Shown here: piece by piece, positions 26,578-36,046 of the stretch
How positions within the stretch are numbered: position 1 is the stretch's first letter
Layout: the number at the start of each line of letters is the position of its first letter
Assembly (NCBI GenBank): GCA_963715195.1
Contig: CAVQRT010000031.1
Coordinates: 256,001 to 320,000 of the forward strand
Direction of reading: 5' to 3'
From: Thermodesulfovibrionales bacterium
GTDB lineage: Bacteria; Nitrospirota; Thermodesulfovibrionia; Thermodesulfovibrionales; SM23-35
DNA: 64,000 nucleotides
Translations under genes and position numbers: made by a program
Notes under the pieces: generated by a model
What the model was told of the DNA's origin: nothing
Databases searched by the model: none
The model's input: only the letters and a program-made list of their open reading frames with translations

Positions 26578-27510
26578 ATGAAACATGTATATGGCCCCGT
26601 GCCCTCACGGAGGTTGGGCTTTTCCCTTGGGATAGATGTAGTTCCTTATAAGACCTGTACGCTTGACTGCATATATTGTCAACTCGGAAGGACAACCCAG
26701 AAAATGACAGAGAGAAAACACTATTCGGAAAAAGATGCTGTTTGCAGAGAAGTGCAGGAAACCTTGGACAAACAACAGCGTGTCGATTATATAACCTTCT
26801 CCGGTTCCGGTGAGCCAACCCTGAATGCTGAAATAGGTGCTCTCATCAGAGAGGTAAAAACGATAACGCCGGTGCCGGTGGTCGTTCTTACCAACGGAAC
26901 CTTGCTTTTTCGGAAAGATGTTCAGGAAGATCTTGCAGGTGCTGATATTGTAATGCCTTCTCTTGATGCCGCTTCTCAGAAGGTGTTTGAACGTATCAAC
27001 AGACCTCACAAGTCTCTCGATATACAGACAATTATTCATGGGCTCACAGCATTCAGGAAACGGTACACCGGACAGGTATGGCTGGAGATTATGTTTGTGG
27101 ACGGTTTCAATAATGATCACAACGAATTGCTTTTCTTAAAGGAGGCAGCATCAGAAATCGACCCTGATAAAATCTATCTTAATACCGTCGTAAGACCGCC
27201 GGCTGAAACATATGCAAAACCGCTCAACAAGGACGAGATGTTAACGCTAAGAAGTTACCTGGACCAACGCTGTGAAGTTATTGCAGAATTTCATGGGCAA
27301 AAAATCGAGGAAACTCAGAATGTTGATGAAGCAATTATCGAGATGACCAGAAGACGTCCCTTAACCATTACCGATATAGCAAATGTCCTTGGCATCTCGG
27401 GGGTGAACGCTGAAAAATGGGTAAATGGTCTCGAAGAGTCGGGCAAGCTCAAAGAGCGGCAATATAAGGGAGAAAAATATTACTCGTATACAGTGGAACC
27501 GCAGAGATAA
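26578..27510 (+). CDS. Radical SAM Fe-S oxidoreductase (COG0731/TYW1-like)
   Basis: YGPVPSRRLGFSLG, CTLDCIYC, SGSGEPTL. Confidence 0.85.
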   Translation: MKHVYGPVPSRRLGFSLGIDVVPYKTCTLDCIYCQLGRTTQKMTERKHYSEKDAVCREVQETLDKQQRVDYITFSGSGEPTLNAEIGALIREVKTITPVPVVVLTNGTLLFRKDVQEDLAGADIVMPSLDAASQKVFERINRPHKSLDIQTIIHGLTAFRKRYTGQVWLEIMFVDGFNNDHNELLFLKEAASEIDPDKIYLNTVVRPPAETYAKPLNKDEMLTLRSYLDQRCEVIAEFHGQKIEETQNVDEAIIEMTRRRPLTITDIANVLGISGVNAEKWVNGLEESGKLKERQYKGEKYYSYTVEPQR

Positions 27511-27834
27511 CTGACAAGAACCGGGGGATGAAGCTTTCCGAACTTGAGCGTTGGTTTGAAGTTTTCGACTGATCTTTCTCATTTCGGCAGTATTCGGAAA
27601 ATAGTGTTTTAAAAATCATCAACCCGAAAAGCGCAGACATTGTTTTCGCCCCGGCGAATCCGCTGAGGCGGACAAAATTTATTTACCCCGATGATGTTTG
27701 CCTCACCGAATCCCCGAAGTGAAAAATAAAGTCAGCAAAACCAATTATTGAAAAACGACTTTTTCAGCGTCCCGTTAAAAATGTGCTTCTGCAGGACACA
27801 GGTTGACAAAGAGTCATTGTTTATAATAAAGTAT

Positions 27835-27853
27835 ATTGAGACTCAATCTCAAT
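27835..27853. promoter_or_regulatory. Fur-family-type operator overlapping the start of the second Fur-family gene
   Basis: ATTGAGA-CTCAA-TCTCAAT palindrome; TTGACA and TATAAT-like elements just upstream. Confidence 0.55.
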
Positions 27854-28313
27854 GGAAGAAGAAATATTCAGACAATATCTTGAGAAGAACGGGCAGCGGT
27901 TAACGAGGGAGAGGAATGCTGTTTTGGAGAAGGCTTTGTCGTGCAGGGGACACTTTGATCCTGAAACCCTTTACGTAGACATGAGGAAGAGGGGCATGAA
28001 GGCATCAAGGGCCTCCGTATACAGAACCCTCAATTTGCTGTGTGAATGCGGACTTGTGGAAAAAGTCAACAAAACAGAACACGGCACCATTTACGAACAG
28101 GCACTCGGCCGCCCTCATCACGATCATATGGTCTGTATTCATTGCGGAAAAATTATAGAATTTTTTTCTGAAAGCCTCGAAAAACTGCAGGAAGAGATAT
28201 GCAGTGAACGGGGATTCAGAGGGAAAAATCATACGCTTGAAATTCGCGGATATTGCAAAGACTGTGAAAGAGGGAAAGACGTTGCGGAAGGAGAGAAAAC
28301 ATATGGGCGGTGA
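27852..28313 (+). CDS. fur: Fur-family transcriptional regulator heading feoAB
   Basis: SVYRTL, HHDHMVCIHC, CKDC. Confidence 0.85.
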   Translation: MEEEIFRQYLEKNGQRLTRERNAVLEKALSCRGHFDPETLYVDMRKRGMKASRASVYRTLNLLCECGLVEKVNKTEHGTIYEQALGRPHHDHMVCIHCGKIIEFFSESLEKLQEEICSERGFRGKNHTLEIRGYCKDCERGKDVAEGEKTYGR

Positions 28314-28566
28314 TCTCATGCCACTGATCTTGCTGAAGGAAGGCCAAGAAGGGATCGTGCATATGGTCTCTGGAGGATTGGGACTGATTGGCAGGCTTGC
28401 TTCTCTGGGGATAACTTCTGGTATGAGGGTCAAGGTGGTCAGGAATATTGGTGGACCTTTAATAATTACGACGAATGGTACAAGGATTGCCATAGGAAGG
28501 GGGCAGGCCCAGAAAATACTTATCCGGCGTTTGGCCGCCGGAATGGTGCAAGCAGAGATTGCATGA
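28303..28566 (+). CDS. feoA: Ferrous iron transport protein A
   Basis: [10 protein letters not shown]...GGPLII...[12 protein letters not shown]; alternative start 28318. Confidence 0.85.
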   Translation: MGGDLMPLILLKEGQEGIVHMVSGGLGLIGRLASLGITSGMRVKVVRNIGGPLIITTNGTRIAIGRGQAQKILIRRLAAGMVQAEIA

Positions 28567-30550
28567 CAGCAGGGAAAGACCTGCTGGTTGCCCTTGCCGG
28601 ACAGCCAAATGTCGGCAAATCAACAGTTTTCAATCTGTTGACCGGCCTGTCTCAGCATGTCGGTAACTGGCCGGGCAAGACGGTCGAAAAAAAAGAAGGT
28701 TTTTGTTCCACGAATGGCACAAGGATAAAAATCGTAGACCTTCCCGGCAGCTACAGCCTGACTGCCTATTCTGAAGAAGAGAAGAATAGCGAGAGACTTT
28801 ATCATTAATGAACGGCCGGACGCGGTTGTTCTCATGGCTAACGCCTCGGCACTCGAAAGAAGTCTATATCTCCTCGCGGAGTTTCTGCTTTTAAAAGCTC
28901 CGGTCATTTTTGCCCTCAATATGACGGATGTGGCGGAGCAGCAGGGGATCCGGATTGATGTCGGCCTTCTCGAAAAATACCTCGGGGTTCCTGTTATCCC
29001 CATGATCGCTTCAAAAAACCGGGGTACCAAAGCATTGATCTCCGAGATCCTTCTCCTTACAGAAGGAAAAAAGGAAAACAGGCCTTCTCTGGCCGAAGTT
29101 TCTGATGACCATAAAGAGATCTTTCTTGAGCTGGCCGATATTCTCGAACAATATATTACCCCGCCGTATCTGACAAAATGGACTATTACGAAAATTATGG
29201 AGGGTGATCCTGATATAACTGAGAAGATGAGCCGAACTGTCCGGCCCGATTCGTGGAACAAGGTTCAGGCCCTCTTGAGGAAACACGAAGATTCACTTCT
29301 TGCTGTCGTCAAGGGGCGATATGACTGGATTGAGGGCGCTGTTCGCGCTTCTCTTTCCGAGTTCAAGAGGGGGCAGATCCTTCTGACGGATCGACTGGAT
29401 CATGTTCTCACGCGTCCTGTGTTTGGGATCCCGATTCTTCTGGGTGTTCTTGCCCTTGTTTTTTCGCTAACCTATGGCTTGGGGTTGCCGTTACAACAAC
29501 TGCTCGAATCCCTCATGAACTCTCTTGCGGGCTGGGTCGAACCGTTTCTCGGGAAATCATTCTGGCTGAGGGGAATCATCGTCGACGGTTTACTTGGTGG
29601 AGCGGGAACAGTTATGACATTTCTCCCGGTGCTTTTCTTTTTTTTTGCGGCCATGGCATTTCTCGAAGACGTGGGATATATGGCAAGAGCTGCTTTCGTC
29701 ATGGACAGATTTATGCATGTGATCGGACTTCACGGGAAAAGTTTTCTTCCTTTCTGTTTGGGCTTCGGCTGCAATGTTCCGGCTGTCATGGGTGCGAGAA
29801 TCCTGGAATCAGGCAGGATACGGTTCCTCACAATCTTCCTTACGCCCTTTGTTCCCTGCACTGCTAAGCTGGCTGTCGTCACGCTTATTGCAGCTGCCAT
29901 ATTTGGGAAGACTGCGCTCATCATGTCGTGGGCGCTCGTCGCCGGAAACATTTTGATCCTCGGTTTTGCGGGCTTCATAGCGAGCAAGTTCCTTTTCAAA
30001 AAACAGCACATGCCTTTTATCATGGAACTTCCTTTTTATCACAAACCGAACCCGAGAACGATAGGAATGGTTGTCTGGAAAAGGATTACAGCCTTTATCA
30101 GGAAGGCCGGAACGATTATTGTGATATTTTCCGTGCTTCTTTGGTTATTGTCTCATATTCCAGGCGGACATATCGAAGGCAGCATTCTCGGTTTGATAGG
30201 GCAGTCGATTGAGCCTGTCGGGCGGCCCAATAGGGCTTGACTGGAAGATGATCGTCGCGCTCCTGGCGAGTGTCACGGCGAAGGAAAACTCGATAGCAGC
30301 ACTGGGGGTACTCTATGGTGTTGGAGAAGAGGGTATTAGGGGAATTCTGCCGACTGTGATGAGTCACGCATCAGCACTCTCTTTCCTCGTGATACTTATG
30401 CTGTTTGTACCCTGTGTTGCCACGCTCGTGGTCATGAAACAGGAGATGGGTGGATGGCGTTGGTTCTTGTCTTCTTTCCTCTTCATGCTTGTTCTGTCTT
30501 ATGTATCCGGTATGGCTGTCTATCAGTTTGCTCTCATGGTCGGACTATGA
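28563..30550 (+). CDS. feoB: Ferrous iron transporter B (two +1 frameshifts near 28786 and 30228)
   Basis: [13 protein letters not shown], then [21 protein letters not shown], and AKE...LFVPCVAT in three successive frames. Confidence 0.88.
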
Positions 30551-30635
30551 CTTGTGATGTGTATGCTAATTTTTCTTAACCCCCGGATTGCTGTCTTCCA
30601 TTGGATTGCCTTGCTGCGTAAGATTTTGAGAGGAA

Positions 30636-31775
30636 ATGATTACATTCAAACAATTAAGAAGGCAGATTGAAAAGATCGGGAGAAAGAAGAGACCTTTCAT
30701 CGCCTTGCAGATCGAACCTACTTCGAGATGCCAACTCAGATGTGTCATGTGTCCGAGGACTATTTTTTCAAGAGAATGGGATAACGGGGACATGCCTCTC
30801 TCTCTCTATGACAAGATAAGCACGTCTTTCCATCTTGTTGACAATATTCATCTTCAAGGGTGGGGTGAACCGCTTCTTCATCCCGAAATTTCTCTCATGA
30901 TTCAGAAAGCAAAAGCAGTGCCTTGCAGGACAAGTCTCACAACAAACGGGGTCCTTCTTAGCGAGCCCGTATCACATGATTTTATCGAAAAGGGTCTCGA
31001 TACTATCGTGATCTCTATTGCTGGAGCAGTGAGCGAAACGCATGAGGCTATCCGCTGCGGTTCTCACTTCGGGCAGATTATCGATAATGTAAAAGTGCTG
31101 GCACATTTGAAATTGAGTATGAAATCCAAGACCCCCAAAATCGTGCTTTCTTTTCTGATGACAAAGAAAAATATCGAAGAGCTGCCTGAGGCAGTGCTGC
31201 TCGCGAAGGATACAGGATCGGATGAAATGGTCGCAACAAATGTGGATTACATAGCGGGACAATATCAGGATGATATGAAGATATTTTCCTGTAAAGAAGC
31301 AGACAGTGAATACAAGAAAATCGTAGAAAAAGCCTTGCGGACGGCAAAAAAGGCAAAAATTACTTTTCGTGTTTATCCTCTGGAGATGGAAGAACTTATC
31401 ATGTGCGAGATGAATCCGCTGAAAATCGTGTTCTTGTCACACGATGGATGTGTCTCTCCTTGTGTTTATTTGAATCTGTCTAAAAAAGGATGGATTCCGC
31501 GGATATTTTGTGGAAATTATCAAGGGATACAGAAACAGTGCTTTGGATATGTCGGAGAGGATGACTTTGTCGAGATTTGGGAACGCAAAGAATACAAGAA
31601 CTTCAGGGAACCCTATGTTAGGAGAATGGCTTTCAACAAGAGAGCATTCGATGTTATCGCTGACGTGCAATCTTCAAAGGCTGCTATGGATGAACTGGAA
31701 AAACTGGAAGCGGTGCTGAGAGATAATCCCTTGCCAGCGGTATGCAGCACCTGCTATAAGGCTTACAATATTTAA
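30636..31775 (+). CDS. Radical SAM protein with SPASM/Twitch-like C-terminal Cys
   Basis: CQLRCVMC, GWGEPLLHP, DGCVSPC, terminal CSTC. Confidence 0.82.
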   Translation: MITFKQLRRQIEKIGRKKRPFIALQIEPTSRCQLRCVMCPRTIFSREWDNGDMPLSLYDKISTSFHLVDNIHLQGWGEPLLHPEISLMIQKAKAVPCRTSLTTNGVLLSEPVSHDFIEKGLDTIVISIAGAVSETHEAIRCGSHFGQIIDNVKVLAHLKLSMKSKTPKIVLSFLMTKKNIEELPEAVLLAKDTGSDEMVATNVDYIAGQYQDDMKIFSCKEADSEYKKIVEKALRTAKKAKITFRVYPLEMEELIMCEMNPLKIVFLSHDGCVSPCVYLNLSKKGWIPRIFCGNYQGIQKQCFGYVGEDDFVEIWERKEYKNFREPYVRRMAFNKRAFDVIADVQSSKAAMDELEKLEAVLRDNPLPAVCSTCYKAYNI

Positions 31776-31869
31776 GATTTTTCGATAATTTTTTAAAAAT
31801 GTTTTACAATGGACCGTACTACTTTTTTAAAGTGATACCGGTAAGTCTTTCTGAAAGGTGAGAAAACAT

Positions 31870-32658
31870 ATGGAACTGGATGAAGTTGTCATAACGAAGG
31901 CGATTGTCGATCAATTCTGCAAAAAGCTGACCAATCATCTTGAAACTGATGTCGCTATTGTAGGGGGTGGACCTTCAGGTCTTGTCGCCGGTTATTTTTT
32001 GGCAAAAGCGGGCAGGAAAACCGTTCTGTTCGAACGCAAGCTGAGTGTGGGTGGCGGTATGTGGGGTGGCGGCATGTTATTCAACGAAATTGTAGTTCAG
32101 AAAGCCGCAGTTCGGATTCTTAAAGAATTTGGAATAACGTACTGCGAATTTCAGAAAAATTACTATACTGCGGATTCCGTTGAGTCGATTTCCACGCTTA
32201 TTTCCAGGGCGGTGCAGGCCGGTGTGACGATCTTTAACTGCATCACTGCCGAAGATGTGCTGATGCGCACGTCACGCGTTACCGGTCTGGTGCTGAATTG
32301 GTCGGCAGTCGAAATGGCACGCCTTCATGTCGACCCACTGGCTGTTCGTTCCCGCTTTGTCGTCGATGCCACGGGCCACGAAACTGCGGTGGTCAGACTG
32401 GTTCAGAATAAAGTGCCCGGGACGCTGAAAACTCTAAGCGGGAAAGTAGAGGGAGAGAAATCGATGTGGTCGGATAAGGCCGAGAGCCTGACGCTCAAAA
32501 ATACGAGAGAAGTTTTCCCCGGTTTATATGTGGCCGGCATGGCTGCAAATGCGACATTTGGAGGACCCCGCATGGGGCCGATATTCGGGGGGATGCTCCT
32601 TTCAGGCGAAAAAGTTGCAAAGCTGCTTTTGCAAGCACTTTCACAGAAATCCAAATAA
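31870..32658 (+). CDS. thi4: Sulfide-dependent (non-Cys) thiazole synthase Thi4
   Basis: [21 protein letters not shown] (His at the Cys position), [11 protein letters not shown]. Confidence 0.92.
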   Translation: MELDEVVITKAIVDQFCKKLTNHLETDVAIVGGGPSGLVAGYFLAKAGRKTVLFERKLSVGGGMWGGGMLFNEIVVQKAAVRILKEFGITYCEFQKNYYTADSVESISTLISRAVQAGVTIFNCITAEDVLMRTSRVTGLVLNWSAVEMARLHVDPLAVRSRFVVDATGHETAVVRLVQNKVPGTLKTLSGKVEGEKSMWSDKAESLTLKNTREVFPGLYVAGMAANATFGGPRMGPIFGGMLLSGEKVAKLLLQALSQKSK

Positions 32659-32684
32659 CCCGTTTCGTTGCAGAGGTGCTTTTC

Positions 32685-33533
32685 TTATATCTGAAGAACT
32701 GTTCCGGTCTGCAGATGCTGCAACTTTTCTCCAAGCACACTCTTGAGAACAGCATATGCTTTCTGACATGTGCAATGCCCCGTATACATTGACTGAATCG
32801 GATAGCGAAGAGTCTCTTTAGCGATGTTCTGTATATCAGTTTTACTGTCTGCCAGAGAGTTGCGCTTCGGCAGGCATATCAAATGAAAACCCCCTATGAC
32901 TGCCTTGATAGGCAGTCCGGGGAATTTCTCTGCGACAGTATCGACCATGTTCAGCACGCCGTTATGGGAGCAGCCTGTAAAGATTACCAGATTACCGTTT
33001 TCTCTGACAGCCATGATAAGCTCATGGTCAAAATTATCTAAACTCCAGCGGGTGCCTTTCCTGGTATATAAGGATCTGTTCCCTTTTGGTTTCGGGTATG
33101 CCGTGCCGATAGTCGGAAAGATGTATACACCGGTAAGAATTTCGGTAAATTTCTCTATATACCCAAACCTCGCAGCATATGTTTTAAATAAATCCCTGTC
33201 CAGTCCTATATATCTCCTGGGCAACAGCGATGCCTTAAAGTAACACTCTCCGACCGGTGGCCTTTTAAGATAGACCTTTGCGCTCTGGTTCAACGCAAAA
33301 AACCGCTGCAATCCACCGCCATGATCGTAATGGTGGTGGGACAATACAGCTGCGTCAGCAGCGCCCAGGTCAATTCCGAGTTTATCCGCATTCTGAGAAA
33401 AAGAATCTGATGCTCCTGTGTCAAAGAGAATCGCTTTATTATCGAATGATATATGCAATGATAATCCGTGCTCTGCAGACAAACCAGTGTTGTTATCTGC
33501 CTGCGTATTTTCGATCAGGGTGGTAATGATCAT
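32685..33533 (-). CDS. MBL-fold metallo-hydrolase (COG1237-type)
   Basis: AEHGLS, LFDTG, SHHHYDHGGG, GCSHNG, GGFH, GHCT. Confidence 0.85.
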   Translation of the reverse strand: MIITTLIENTQADNNTGLSAEHGLSLHISFDNKAILFDTGASDSFSQNADKLGIDLGAADAAVLSHHHYDHGGGLQRFFALNQSAKVYLKRPPVGECYFKASLLPRRYIGLDRDLFKTYAARFGYIEKFTEILTGVYIFPTIGTAYPKPKGNRSLYTRKGTRWSLDNFDHELIMAVRENGNLVIFTGCSHNGVLNMVDTVAEKFPGLPIKAVIGGFHLICLPKRNSLADSKTDIQNIAKETLRYPIQSMYTGHCTCQKAYAVLKSVLGEKLQHLQTGTVLQI

Positions 33534-33937
33534 AAATCACACTGTCTTTTTAATCCGGTAAGAGGCTTAATATCCAAGATAGGTGTTCTGTTTACCATAT
33601 CCAGGCCTTTTACATAAACAACATTTTCTTCAATACCAGTGACTCTGAGAACTGACATGCCTATGGGATTAGGCCTTATGGGTGAACAGGTACTGAAAAC
33701 ACCGAGTTGTTCCATTCGATGCGGAGGTTTCTGGACGAGATGATCTGCGGTAAACTCCCGGCTCTGATGAAAATTGAAAAGAACAAGGATATCCTGCCCT
33801 TTCTGAATATCCTTTAAACCTTTTTTGTACGCTTCCTCAATGACGATTTTCCCTGGAACATCGGAAAGTGTCCAATGGCGGGGTATTGCGACGGCATCTG
33901 TTTGTACAAAACCGATAGGCTTGAATTCGATGGCCAT
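33530..33937 (-). CDS. tsaA: tRNA t6A37 N6-methyltransferase TrmO/TsaA family
   Basis: FKPIG, GVFSTCSPIRPNPIG, TPILDIKP. Confidence 0.85.
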   Translation of the reverse strand: MAIEFKPIGFVQTDAVAIPRHWTLSDVPGKIVIEEAYKKGLKDIQKGQDILVLFNFHQSREFTADHLVQKPPHRMEQLGVFSTCSPIRPNPIGMSVLRVTGIEENVVYVKGLDMVNRTPILDIKPLTGLKRQCDL

Positions 33938-34039
33938 ATTTTCCTCAAGCGAAGAAAAGATATTTGCCATAACTATACACAATCTTATTGGGTTTGCACA
34001 AAAAAAGCAGCACATAGGGAAAAGAACACCTTGCTATTG

Positions 34040-34059
34040 TTATGGGCATATGCTTATAA
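34040..34059. promoter_or_regulatory. Palindromic operator in front of the DUF134 gene
   Basis: TTATGGGCATATGCTTATAA, ending 6 nt before ATG 34066. Confidence 0.55.
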
Positions 34060-34065
34060 TTAAAT

Positions 34066-34398
34066 ATGTCGAGACCGAGAAAATGCAGAGTCATTCAATG
34101 CAAACCCGATGCAACATATTTTAAGCCACGGGGGATACCGTTAGTGGATCTCGATGAGATCAGCATTTCGATTGATGAGCTTGAATCAATAAGGCTTGCG
34201 GATTTCGAGGGCCTTTATCATGAAGACGCCGCTCTGAAAATGAAGATCTCGAGGCAGACATTCGGGAGAATCCTCAATGAAGCGCGCAGAAAAGTTGCCG
34301 AGTGCCTCTTGAAAAGTAAAGCCTTGAAAATAGAATTACCAAAAAAGGAGGAGCTGTATGAAAGCATGTTTTCCGGTAGCAGAAGTCAAAGGAATTGA
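34066..34398 (+). CDS. DUF134 (UPF0251) DNA-binding protein
   Basis: MSRPRKCR...FKPRGIP...ELESIRLAD...ISRQTF. Confidence 0.88.
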   Translation: MSRPRKCRVIQCKPDATYFKPRGIPLVDLDEISISIDELESIRLADFEGLYHEDAALKMKISRQTFGRILNEARRKVAECLLKSKALKIELPKKEELYESMFSGSRSQRN

Positions 34399-34738
34399 CA
34401 GTGAAATTTATGGTCATTTCGGTTCGGCCCCAGCGTTTATTATAGTTGAGACTGACGATAATACAGTGACCACGATTAAGAACAACGATCAGCATCATGC
34501 CCACGGTGCATGCAACCCGCTGAAGAAATTTAACAACAATCAGGTTGACGCGCTCGTTGTTGGGGGAATTGGAATGGGAGCATTAAATGTATTAAATCAA
34601 TCCGGCATCCGCGTATTCCAGGCCCAGGCTCCAACAGTGCAGGAGAATATCGTTTTCCTGAAGGCGGGAAACCTGCCGGAGTTTTCTCCACAGCATACCT
34701 GCGCAGGTCATGGTCATGGGGGTGGCTGCGGACATTAA
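34358..34738 (+). CDS. NifB/NifX-family cofactor-binding protein with His-rich motifs
   Basis: YGHFGSAPAF, HHAHGAC, VGGIGMGA, C-terminal HTCAGHGHGGGCGH. Confidence 0.85.
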   Translation: MKACFPVAEVKGIDSEIYGHFGSAPAFIIVETDDNTVTTIKNNDQHHAHGACNPLKKFNNNQVDALVVGGIGMGALNVLNQSGIRVFQAQAPTVQENIVFLKAGNLPEFSPQHTCAGHGHGGGCGH

Positions 34739-34771
34739 GAACAGTCTCATGATAGTCTGCGTTTTTAATGC

Positions 34772-34843
34772 GTCATCCTGAACGAAGGCAAGGAATCTCC
34801 AATTCATAAGAGAATGGATACCCGACAAGAACCTCGGGCTGAC
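34772..34843. repeat. REP-like repeat, degenerate copy 2
   Basis: GTCATCCTG...GGAATCTC...GGATACCCGA...TCGGGCTGAC. Confidence 0.5.
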
Positions 34844-34923
34844 GTATAAGCGAGAAATCATTCAATATCATTGAATGTCGGACATAACTATATTTAGAAG
34901 TTAATGAAAACAAGGAGGTTATT

Positions 34924-35299
34924 ATGGCAAAGGGAAAGAAGAGAATTGCGATCATTGGCGTGCAAAAATATCAAAGGGGTCTCTTGTGTCGGTGGTTGCC
35001 TGAAATGTTTTAAGGGAATCGCTGAGAGGGCCGGTGAGTATGAGCGCTGGAAAGATTATGATGTTGAAGTCATAGGAATGGACGATTGTGGCGGCTGCCC
35101 CGGTGTTATTATGCCCAAACTCCTTCTCATGAAAGATATGGGGAAGCTTTATGACAGAGATTTTGATGCAGTGCATCTCGGCACGTGTATTATGAAAGCG
35201 ACTCAGACAGCAAAATGCCCGATCGATGTTGAAAAACTAAAAGGGCTGATTGAAACGAAGATGGGGAAAGAGGTTATTCTGGGCACACACGCTTATTAA
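34924..35299 (+). CDS. CGGC-domain protein (+1 frameshift near 34957)
   Basis: AGGAGG RBS then MAKGKKRIAII joining CKNIKGVSCVGGCLKC...CGGCPG...HLGTC...GTH. Confidence 0.75.
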
Positions 35300-35370
35300 A
35301 TCCATCATACGCTTTCATCGCATTTAATCAGGGCGGTCGGCGTTTTAATCTGTTTCTAATTGATGCTTCT

Positions 35371-35700
35371 ATGCAAAGGTTCAAGAAATATATAGGCAAA
35401 GACTTTATTCTCGGAAATGTAAAAGACACTGAAGCACTGAGGTCAACAGGTTTCCTCTGCGATAATATCCCTGATTCAATAGGAGATTTTGACGAACTCG
35501 AATTCTTATCGGAATGGGATGGAAAGCAACTTCTCATGTGTCTCGCAGTATTAACGGGAAAAGTCAAAAGAATCATGTTCGTTATGAGAAACAGTGAAGA
35601 CCCTGATGATGTGAGACCACTGAGTGAAGGCGAACTGAGGGATTTTCTGAATCAGAAAGGCGACCAGTTAGTCAGTTTTTTTGAAAGTATCACTCAGTGA
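35371..35700 (+). CDS. Hypothetical protein
   Basis: 109-aa ORF with ordinary composition in a co-directional run. Confidence 0.55.
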   Translation: MQRFKKYIGKDFILGNVKDTEALRSTGFLCDNIPDSIGDFDELEFLSEWDGKQLLMCLAVLTGKVKRIMFVMRNSEDPDDVRPLSEGELRDFLNQKGDQLVSFFESITQ

Positions 35701-35769
35701 GGATACTGTATGATCTATCGATTATCCAAAGGTCTCAGCAGGATTTGTGACATGAGGGTGAAAAATGTT

Positions 35770-36027
35770 ATGAAAAACCTCATACGGGGACTTTTTTGCT
35801 GCATGGTTATTTTGATGGGTTACTCGGCCCATGCCGGAAGCTGGGATCAATGCAAAGGTTGCCATGATGGGGCATTTGCTCCTGACGCGAAAGCTCTCAA
35901 ACAAAAATACAAGACAGTGGACGATTTGATAAAGGCTGCGAAAAAGTCAGATGAGCCTCTGATGAATCGCTATAAACAGGATGAAGAGTTTCTGAGAAAG
36001 GCTGCAAAGGATATCGGCCTGCAATAG
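35770..36027 (+). CDS. Small monoheme cytochrome c
   Basis: Signal peptide (AHA cleavage) followed by CKGCH. Confidence 0.65.
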   Translation: MKNLIRGLFCCMVILMGYSAHAGSWDQCKGCHDGAFAPDAKALKQKYKTVDDLIKAAKKSDEPLMNRYKQDEEFLRKAAKDIGLQ

Positions 36028-36046
36028 TAAACACCGGGGGAAAATG

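Noticed and set aside
27511..27790. IS remnant (GACTTTTTCAGCGTCCCGTT resembles an IS end; short TCCGCTGAGGCGGA palindrome)
   Set aside because: No matching second end, target duplication or transposase fragment could be identified
31776..31869. TPP riboswitch upstream of thi4
   Set aside because: Short and AT-rich, lacking the conserved aptamer core
22528..34738. Nitrogen fixation inferred from NifB/NifX-family genes
   Set aside because: No nifH/D/K/E/N in the window; this fold is common in non-diazotrophic anaerobes
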